From positions 96,472,001 to 96,536,000 of the forward strand of contig OX597821.1 in the NCBI GenBank assembly GCA_951406725.2: a DNA stretch of 64,000 nucleotides, read 5' to 3'. Positions 54,079 through 64,000 of this stretch are shown in pieces. The notes under the pieces are model-generated. The model did no database searches and was not told the origin of the DNA. It saw nothing but the letters and a program-made list of their open reading frames with translations. Position 1 is the stretch's first letter. The number at the start of each line of letters is the position of its first letter. The stretch is from Octopus vulgaris (taxonomy: Eukaryota). Position numbers and translations under genes: made by a program.

Positions 54079-54479
54079 CCTTAATCTATATGCCTGGCAG
54101 AATCAGGATGACAAACCATGACAAGGTTTTACCTTGCGATTACAGCACCTTCTATACAGTTTCTGCCGACTCACTTTCAGTCAAAATGTATGCTTCGACT
54201 CAAGACTATACAAAAAAAAAAAAAAAAATTCACTGGAGACGCCATGCAACGTGATCGAACCCAGGATCGCGATGTTACGAAACGACCATCGTAATCATAT
54301 TGTTATATACGTAATAAATGGGAGATTTACCCTTCTTTCTTAATGATGTTTTGCTAGTTTGAAATGTCTAAACATTGAGAATCGTAGAATTCGGTTTCTT
54401 AGTTTATTACAGGAATTACGGGAAGCGCATGAGGTAGATTAGGTACTAGTATACCTGTTGTGTAATGCTTTGTATGTGT

Positions 54480-54518
<39 letters not shown>

Positions 54519-54539
54519 TGTGTGTGTGTGTGTGTGCAT

Positions 54540-54951
54540 AGGGGCATGTATGGTTGTGTTGTAAGAAGCTTTCTTCCCAAACACTTAGTTCCGGCTTCAG
54601 TCCCATTGCGTGGAACCTTAGAGAAGGGTCTTCTATTATAGCCCCAGGCCGACTAAAGCTTACTGCGTGGATGTGGTTGACAGAAACCGAAAGAAGCTGA
54701 TACATATATATATATATAATAAATCTCAGAGCGAGTTATAAACAGTAGCTACAACACATCGTGACGTATATTTGTCATTTAAGTATGGCTAAACCCTAAG
54801 GGTGGATAGCATCCACCCTTAGGGGTTAGCCATACTTAAATGGCAAATATACGTCACTATATATATATATAGACGCACACACACATACACACATACATAT
54901 ATATATATATATACACATACATAAACACACACACATACATACATACATACA

Positions 54952-54982
<31 letters not shown>

Positions 54983-55213
54983 GGATGTACGTATGTATGT
55001 AAGTGTTTGTCTCTTCCACTATTGTTTTGTGATTTGCATTTGTTTGTCTAAATTCCCGTAACCTAGCAGTTCGGTTAAGATACCGTTAGAATAAATACCG
55101 GACTAAAAAATCCAAATTAGTACTGAGGGGTCGATTCGTTCAACTAAAACACTTCAAGCCCGTGCCCCAGCATGACCGCAGTCTAATGACTGAAACAAGT
55201 AAGAAACAAAAGA
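54540..55213 (+). mobile_element. SINE family C with a nested palindrome in its internal microsatellite
   Basis: Head at 54540-54702 and tail at 55010-55213. Confidence 0.78.
54761..54857. repeat. 97-bp palindrome (47-bp arms, 3-nt loop)
   Basis: gtgacgtatatttgtcatttaagtatggctaaaccctaagggtggat-agc-atccaccc...tacgtcac, 2 mismatches. Confidence 0.97.
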
Positions 55214-55215
55214 TA

Positions 55216-55249
<34 letters not shown>

Positions 55250-55596
55250 CGCGAGTGAGTGGGAAAATGAAAGAAATTGGATCACGGTACACTTAGCAGA
55301 CGTTACATGTTACATATATGATTTAATAACAGAATGACTTGGCTTCATGTGAAACGAACCTAGCTCCTCGGGCTTAGCTAACTGATGTGTGTGAGGTGGG
55401 ATGCGGGGAGAAAAGAGAGAAGGTCATTGTCCGTAGACAGTAAAAGACTGTAGTGTATGCATGTGGTGACAATTGTTGCGCTATGTTTGGTATACATACA
55501 TACATACACATACATACATACATACATACATACATACATACATACATACATTCATATACATACACACATACATACATATACATACACACATATATC

Positions 55597-55627
<31 letters not shown>

Positions 55628-55683
55628 CATGTATATATGCATATACACACACACACCTACACACACCCATATATCTATATCCA

Positions 55684-55714
<31 letters not shown>

Positions 55715-55716
55715 AT

Positions 55717-55747
<31 letters not shown>

Positions 55748-55901
55748 CATACATACATATATATACATTCATACATATATATACATACATACATATATAT
55801 ACATACATACATATATATACATATATATACATACATATATATATATATATATACATACATATACATACATACATACATATATATACATACATACATATAT
55901 A

Positions 55902-55947
<46 letters not shown>

Positions 55948-55976
55948 CATATACACACACATATATATATATATAT

Positions 55977-56183
55977 ATAACATAAGGGACTAAAGCCATC
56001 TGAATATGGCTAGGGACAGGGCAGGGTGGTGGGGGTGTTAATGTTGCATTTAGCCCCAGGCGAACATCGACGTCACCAGAAAGGCCCGGTCGATGTTCGC
56101 CTGGGGCTAAATGCAACAGTAACACCCCCACCACCCTGCCCTGTCCCTAGCCATATTCAGATGGCTTTAGTCCCTTATGTTAT
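55977..56183. repeat. 207-bp palindrome (95-bp arms, 17-nt loop)
   Basis: One mismatch between arms. A solo partial arm is repeated at 57246-57329. Confidence 0.97.
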
Positions 56184-56225
56184 CGAGCAGTTACTGTCTA
56201 TATCTCTTTTAGAGAATTATTATTG

Positions 56226-56271
<46 letters not shown>

Positions 56272-56844
56272 TTGCTCACACATATATACATGTGAATACA
56301 TGCACACGGACATTAATACACATGCATATGTGCGTTTGTGTATACATGTGCTTGTGCGTTTCCGGGTTCGTCCGTGACTGGCGTATATATATATATATAG
56401 CTGCAACGGTCGTCTTAAACTCCGACGAAGCAGCATCCCCCGGCTACCAACCCCTAGGATGATGACGATGATGAAAAGAACGTTCAAAGCATAATAATAG
56501 CCACAGGTTGCAGTCGGAACTAACGCTTTTCTACATGTCTCTACTTTTTTTCATCACAGAAGGAGATTTGAGGTAGAACTTGTCGCTAAGGCTAAGTAGT
56601 TGAGTAACCAACTACTATTGTAGAATGGCTGTAAGATGGGAAAAGAGGATGAATACATTTTGGTGTTGTCCTACTGAATAATGTAATGTATAGTACCGTC
56701 TGTATTATATATTACTGTTACTACTACTACTCCACGCTATACATAGACAATTGGTAGACACATATGAATGTATGTATGAGTGTATGTATATATCTGTGCG
56801 TCTGTGTATGTATATATATGTGTATATATATATATATATATATA

Positions 56845-57069
56845 CTTTTACTTTTACTTCTTTCAGTCATTTGACTGCGGCCATGCTGGAGCACCGCCTT
56901 TAGTCGAGCAAATCGCTCCCAGGACTTATTCTTTTGAAGCCTAGGACTTATTCTATCGGTTTCTTTTGCCGAAACGCTAAGTGGCGGGGACGTAAACACA
57001 CCACCATTGGTTGTCAAGCGATGTTGGGGGACAAACACAGACACACAAACATATACACACACATACATA

Positions 57070-57130
<61 letters not shown>

Positions 57131-57206
57131 CCATTTCCTGAGCGCCTATTAATAATAATACTGTAATTGTTCCATTGTTGTTGTTTTTTTGTTTCCCGTT
57201 TGGATT

Positions 57207-57252
<46 letters not shown>

Positions 57253-57500
57253 AGGGATATTAGCCAACTGAATATGGCTAGGGACAGGGCAGGGTGGTGG
57301 GGGTGTCACTGTTGCATTTAGCCCCAGGCTATATATATATATATACGACGGGCTTCTTTCAGTTTCCGTCTACCAAATCCACTCACAAGGCTTTGGTCAG
57401 CCCGAGACTTTAGTAGAAGACAGCTGCACAAGGTGCCACGCAGTGGGAATGAACCTAAAACCATGTGGTCGGTAAGCAATCTACTTACCACACAGCCACA
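56845..57500 (-). mobile_element. SINE family C with two nested fragments in its internal (TA)n
   Basis: Tail at 56845-57060 and head at 57345-57500, with inserts at 57127-57212 and 57246-57329. Confidence 0.88.
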
Positions 57501-57581
57501 ATGCGACCATATATATATGCGTACTCATGTCCTGTTTTTACGAACATGTATGTATTTATGAGATGAATGGCTGTGCAGATG

Positions 57582-57612
<31 letters not shown>

Positions 57613-58181
57613 ATACGGATATATTTATGTATCTGTGTGTATGGATGGGAAAATGGACGGACGGACGGACGGATTGATGGAAGGATGGATTGATTGATGG
57701 ATGGCTGTATGGATAAATAAAAGTACGTTTGCATATAAGCGTATGTATGTTTGTGTTCGTATATTTGTTAGTACAGTTGGATATTTGTGCTCATATTCAA
57801 TACTTTGGTTTAGCCATTACTGCAGATACCAAGTTGGTGCACCGTGTTACAAAAAGCTTACATAGAGAATTAATACTCAACAGTTGTCTGATATACGTTT
57901 GACATGCGTGCGTGTGTTTGTGTTGTGTGTGTGTGTGTGAGCGAGTATTTACGTTCAGGTGTATGTGTTTATTCAAATTTGCTATTGTGTACAGATAATC
58001 ACTATCACTACATATTACACCATTTTTATGTAAATTTTTAATATGATACACAAGCATATGTATTTACGTTGTGTATGTGTGTATATATATGTTCGTGTGA
58101 GCGTGTGTATGTACTGACACACATGCACACCCACACATACAGATGTAGGTAAAGATACAGACACACATGTGTATGATTATA

Positions 58182-58413
58182 TCCTATTTCCTTACTACCC
58201 ACAAGGGGCCAAACACAGGGAGGACAAACAAGGACAGACAAACGGATTAAGTCGAATACATCGCCCCCCCCCCAGTGTGTAACTGTTACTTAATTTATCG
58301 ACCCCGAAAGGATGAAAGGCAAAGTGGACCTCGGCGGAATTTGAACTCAGAACGTAACGGCAGAGGAAATACGGCTACGCATCTCGCCCGACGTGCTAAC
58401 GTGTCTGCCAGCT
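58182..58413 (-). mobile_element. SINE family D with an alternative tail
   Basis: Core tttatcgaccccgaaaggatgaaaggcaaag. The 3' part (cccacaaggggccaaacacag) differs from the 42917-type tail. Confidence 0.85.
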
Positions 58414-58415
58414 AT

Positions 58416-58502
<87 letters not shown>

Positions 58503-58550
58503 AATATATTGTATGTATGAATATACGTATAGATAGACAGACAGACAAAC

Positions 58551-58626
<76 letters not shown>

Positions 58627-59508
58627 GGAGGGCTGTTTGCGTGTATTATTTTAATAAACCATTACAATTACCAGTAAACTGAGCCAACCACGTAGCCAGC
58701 TCTCAGGGACTGCTAAAAACAGCAGCTAAAACTTCATCAAATCAAACTCTACTTTAAAAACGAGGACATATTAATTACATCGTGTAGTCATTGCTACGCC
58801 TAAAACTCGGCGGGATGGTCACAGTTGTAATATATTTAATCATAGCATTAATGGGTCCCTGTTGGCTTGGAACTCAACACCAAACGACAGAACGGTATAT
58901 AGATTAAATTGGGTGCTCCCTTTCTCCTGGGCCACTAGTTTTCTGAACATAGATTACAGCAAAAAGAAAGCTACGTAATTCAAAGGTCCCTTTGTATAGC
59001 CTGGTTCCTCTGCCATTTTCTAACACCTGCTGCATTTGATCCTAGAACCTCGAGGGAACAAATCTTAATGCATAGAAGTTAATAATTTATAGGTTTAACA
59101 CCTTTCAATCTGTGCCATCGTTTGCGCCCTGCCAGACAAAGTGGGCCTTCAAGTGGTCCCTTGATATACTAGAAGTAGCAGTCGGATCTTGCTTATATTA
59201 CACAATATGAAGAGAAAAACTACATTGAATAATGTGATCCTAGTTGCACTGGGCCTAGTAGAAAATCGGAATCGTCACAGCTGACATGCCTCAATTAGAT
59301 TTGAACTGGGGCTAAGCAGCATGGCAAATAATATAACCTTTATTTTTAAAAATTGTGATAGAATAAAAATGAGTCAACGTCGCAACTGTGGATCGAAACC
59401 GTTTTCTGTCGCGAAAAGCCATTTAGCTTCATGACGAAATTGTTTTGTAGAGAAAACATCTACTACTAGAAACACTCTCTCTCACCTAACACTTATAAAA
59501 ACGGCGGG

Positions 59509-59571
<63 letters not shown>

Positions 59572-59841
59572 CGTGGGAGGCTGATGAAGGATAAGGAGTT
59601 GTATGCAATGTAGCGTTGAGGTACTCGGATGTCAGTTAGTCAGAAGAATGAGAGTGTGTGGTGTTCATTCCCTTCTCGGATATAATGTTTTATTAAAATG
59701 AAACATAATACTTCTTAATACATTCGAATATATTTCATGCAATGGTGAATACTAACATACATCGTTTTCTGGCTTTTGTTTTATAATTTCTGGATTAAAC
59801 ACAGACATACAGACGATTTATGCACAATAGTATGCATGCAT

Positions 59842-59877
<36 letters not shown>

Positions 59878-59917
59878 CTACACATACATACACACACATA
59901 TATACGAACATTTATTA

Positions 59918-59955
<38 letters not shown>

Positions 59956-59974
59956 CATGTATATATATATGTAA

Positions 59975-60160
59975 GGCTGCGAGCTGGCAGAAACGTTAGC
60001 GGCATTTCGTCTGTCTTTACGTTCTGAGTTCAAATTCCGCCGAGGTCGACTTTACCTTTCACTCTTTGGGGGTCGATAAATTAAGTTCCAGTTGCGTACT
60101 GGAGTCGATCTAATTGACTGGCCCCCTCTCCAAAAATCTCAGGCCTTGTGCCTCGAGTAC
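59975..60160 (+). mobile_element. SINE family D
   Basis: gagctggcagaaacgttagc ... gagttcaaattccgccgaggtcgacttt. Confidence 0.85.
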
Positions 60161-60173
60161 GAACGAACGAATA

Positions 60174-60433
60174 ACATACATACATACATACATACATACA
60201 TACATACATACATACATACATACATACATACATACATACATACATACATACATACATACATACATACATACATACATACATACATACATACATACATACA
60301 TACATACATACATACATACATACATACATACATACATACATACATACATACATACATACATACATACATACATACATACATACATACATACATACATACA
60401 TACATACATACATACATACATACATACATACAT
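60174..60433. repeat. Long uninterrupted (ACAT)n microsatellite
   Basis: About 260 bp; a similar tract lies at 52109-52277. Confidence 0.98.
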
Positions 60434-62018
60434 GTACACACTGTATCGTAAGGCTTCAACAGGTAGAATAACACTCGATTAGCTCACAGTTCAGTGAATA
60501 AAGGTAACATTACGTGTATTTATATATATTTGCATATACGTGCATGTATGATTATGTGTAATAAAACATTGACAAGCAAATTAATTTCGATGTGTCTTGT
60601 TGTATAAGTCCATTATTATCAATCAGAAAATAAATGTTTCCGGTTAATTTTTATGTTTATCGAGCAAAAAGGCTGCGCCCATGAGCCGTTCGCAGGGCTT
60701 CTGAGATTGATGGTTGGGAGGGAGGGAGATATCCTTGAATCTGAGACCTGGTCGGAGTGACTGTAACGGAATGGTCTCTCCACCAAAGAACCTGTTAGAT
60801 GGTGGTGTTAAGCCGGGTGACGGGTTGAGTCTACTTCTGAAATAGACAATGGCGGAATCTGAACTCAGAACATAAAGAAGTGGAGCAAATATTGCAAGGC
60901 AATCGGTTTACCGTTCTTACAGTTCTGCAAGTCCATCACCTTTCATTGGTACTTCTTTTTATCGACCCTGAAAGAATGAAGACCAAAGTTGGCCTCGTTG
61001 AGATTTGAACTCGAAATGTAGATAGTCCGAACAAATATATTTTGAAGAATTTTGACCCGGGCTCTAACGATTCTGCCGATTCGTTGTTGTTGTTGTTGTT
61101 GGTAGCGGTTGTTTTAGTAGTGGTGAGTGACTGAACAATATTTCATTAGTAACTAGGCTAGCCAGAGTCCTTCTGATTCGGTGTTTTTTTTTTTAACCTA
61201 GTTGCAACCATCATCCAGATTCTGTCAAAGATAACTCTTGCGCAAATGTGCCACACGTCCCCCTGCCCCACAACCTATAAGTGCATTTCAAGCTCCCTTG
61301 TAGAGAAACAACAATTTCTAGGAGACGAAAAAGAAGACATTGCAAAGGGTAAGTGTGAAATATCTGAACAGACCACGTGACAACAGTGTTCAGAATATCT
61401 ATGTCTTGTGGCTGGATTTTGGCTTAACCTTAGGTAAAAGACATTCCAGTCTTGCTTTCTCCTTTTCTTCCCACCATTTTTCTTTCCTTTTCTTTTTACT
61501 TTTACATTATCCAATTATTTGCATTTCACTTTCTATTATAATTCTATTCTATTCACATCTCTGAAGACCTCATAGGTATTGTACTTACGCACACACGTAC
61601 ATGCATGCATGCATATATACATACATACACTGCTGTTTTAAGGTATCGACGCATTGGACAGTTGCCCAGGAACCTCACTGGTCAAAGGTCCCAATTCTGA
61701 TCTATACTTGCTGTAGTTTGCTGTCAGTAATTTAAACTACTATAGCCCCCCCCCCCAGTGCACTGATTTGGCGTGAGATCTACAACGCTTCTAAAACCCT
61801 GCGCACACGCACGCACACATACACACACACAAACACACAGACACACACACATACACACGCACATACACTCGCGCGCGCGTGCTTGTTTAAAAAGCCCAAT
61901 ATTGATAAGTTTATGAAATTTATTATATATATATATCTAACATGTGGGAGGGTTTGACGGAGACATCAAATTTCATACACACACGCACACACATACACAC
62001 ACACACACACACACACAT

Positions 62019-62135
<117 letters not shown>

Positions 62136-62139
62136 CAAA

Positions 62140-62267
<128 letters not shown>

Positions 62268-62424
62268 AACAGGTTTTGGAGGTTTTGGTGTCGTTGTCGT
62301 TATTTTTCGCTTTCGTATCGCTTCCTCTCCGGAAAATGTGCGATACTTATTGAGATATCACAATATAACACACATACGCACAAACACTCGGAGAATAGAA
62401 ACGTGCCCGAACGCGCGCGCGCGC

Positions 62425-62458
<34 letters not shown>

Positions 62459-62464
<6 letters not shown>

Positions 62465-62521
62465 GAACCATATACATACAAAAGTTGAAACATACACAAT
62501 AAGAAACAGATTTACATAGAA

Positions 62522-62589
<68 letters not shown>

Positions 62590-62840
62590 ACACAAACTGA
62601 ACCACATACATACAGAAGTTGAAACATACACAATAAGAAACAGATTTACATAGAAGCACATACACACACACTTACACACACACACACACACACATACACA
62701 CATACACACACACACACACATATACACACACAAACTGAACCATATACATACAAAAGTTGAAACATACACAATAAGAAACAGATTTACATAGAAGCACATA
62801 CACACACACTTACACACATACATACATACACATACACACA
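62459..62840. repeat. Minisatellite, 3 units of ~70-bp unique sequence + variable (CA)n
   Basis: caaactgaacca..acatac..aagttgaaacatacacaataagaaacagatttacatagaagcacata at ~62459, 62593 and 62731. Confidence 0.93.
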
Positions 62841-63360
62841 TCGATATCACTGACAAAAACAATTGCTTTCAGCAAATATTTACCTCCTACTACGTCAACG
62901 AAGTACAGAGTTGACAGACACGCTATTGTCGCATAGAAAGCATTGCGGTTATTTTGGCGCTAGATCAACTACTCAACTACAGGAGTCAACTTAACCCTAC
63001 CTCTCTCTTTCGGAATGGTACATTGCGTCGTTAGATGGGGTCGAGGTGGGATCACTATTAGGGTCCCTTTCTATCAAAATCGGCGATAATGTTAAGCGAG
63101 GAACTAGAAGGTTCTTGTCCAGGACAAACTGCATGGAACGGAAATAGGACAAAAAGGCTATTGTCTACGAGTCAAGAAGAGATATTCTAAGTGGTCGTTC
63201 TGCCTATTGTTTTGTGCATGGACAAAATCGATAGAGCGTCGGGCAACATGCCTGTAGTGTGTAATTATGATCCTTTACGTTCAAACCCCGCAGATGTCTG
63301 TTTTGCTTCCCATTCTTCGTGGATAAATCTCTCTCTCTCTCACACACACAAAAACAACAC

Positions 63361-63419
<59 letters not shown>

Positions 63420-63605
63420 GTACATACACGCATACACACGTACACACACATGCGCGCACAGAGTGATGGAAAGAAAGTGAGTCTGACGAAGGGATGTTAG
63501 CAAAAAATTCGAAGTTCCAGTCAACTTTACTCTAGAATAGATATTTATATATGTATATATATATGTGTGTGTGTGTGCATATATATACATATAGAGAGAG
63601 AGAGG

Positions 63606-63690
<85 letters not shown>

Positions 63691-64000
63691 TGCCTGGATG
63701 TGTCTGTGTAAATAAGAAAGGTGCACATTTCATGCGTCAAAGTGTTAAACCTATATACAAGTACGACACTTTCTCGTCGGTTGACAATGCATTTACAGCA
63801 AAGGACCATTCCAGCAAATTATAATACAGGACACGATATCAAGTTAGAGAGAAATAAGAACATTGATAGCACTGGCATTCTGTACAGAATTTTACTCATA
63901 CACACATACACACAGGCCTCAAAAAAGAAAGGAATAGATTAACTCTTGAAGCTTTATTGACAACAAAATAGAAGCCAAAAACCTTCACCTAGTTACAGCA

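Noticed and set aside
59581-59600. CTGATGA hammerhead box
   Set aside because: No nearby stem II or GAAA.
62459-62840. CRISPR-like repeat-spacer array
   Set aside because: The 'spacers' are (CA)n microsatellite, the repeats are ~70 bp, the context is eukaryotic, and there are no cas genes.

Overview
AT-rich, microsatellite-dense eukaryotic DNA. The SINE/LINE repertoire suggests a coleoid cephalopod such as Octopus (inference). There is no intact protein-coding gene, and almost all ORF-track entries are translations of microsatellites. The main result comes from reading the non-repetitive stretches between repeats on the minus strand. They give a collinear series of heavily decayed motifs: tandem PKD repeats -> REJ -> GPS -> PLAT -> TM segments -> polycystin channel domain. 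This looks like a fossil polycystin-1/PKD1-like (REJ family) pseudogene spread over ~0.7-29.6 kb and broken up by TE and microsatellite insertions. The window also holds a tail-to-tail pair of minimal hammerhead-ribozyme-like motifs (Penelope-like), five long near-perfect palindromes mostly beside (TA)n, modular tRNA-derived SINE families, a deleted mariner, a hAT MITE with an 8-bp TSD, and RTE, CR1, L2-like and R4/Dong-like LINE fragments. All protein matches were made by eye against recalled family motifs and need HMM confirmation.
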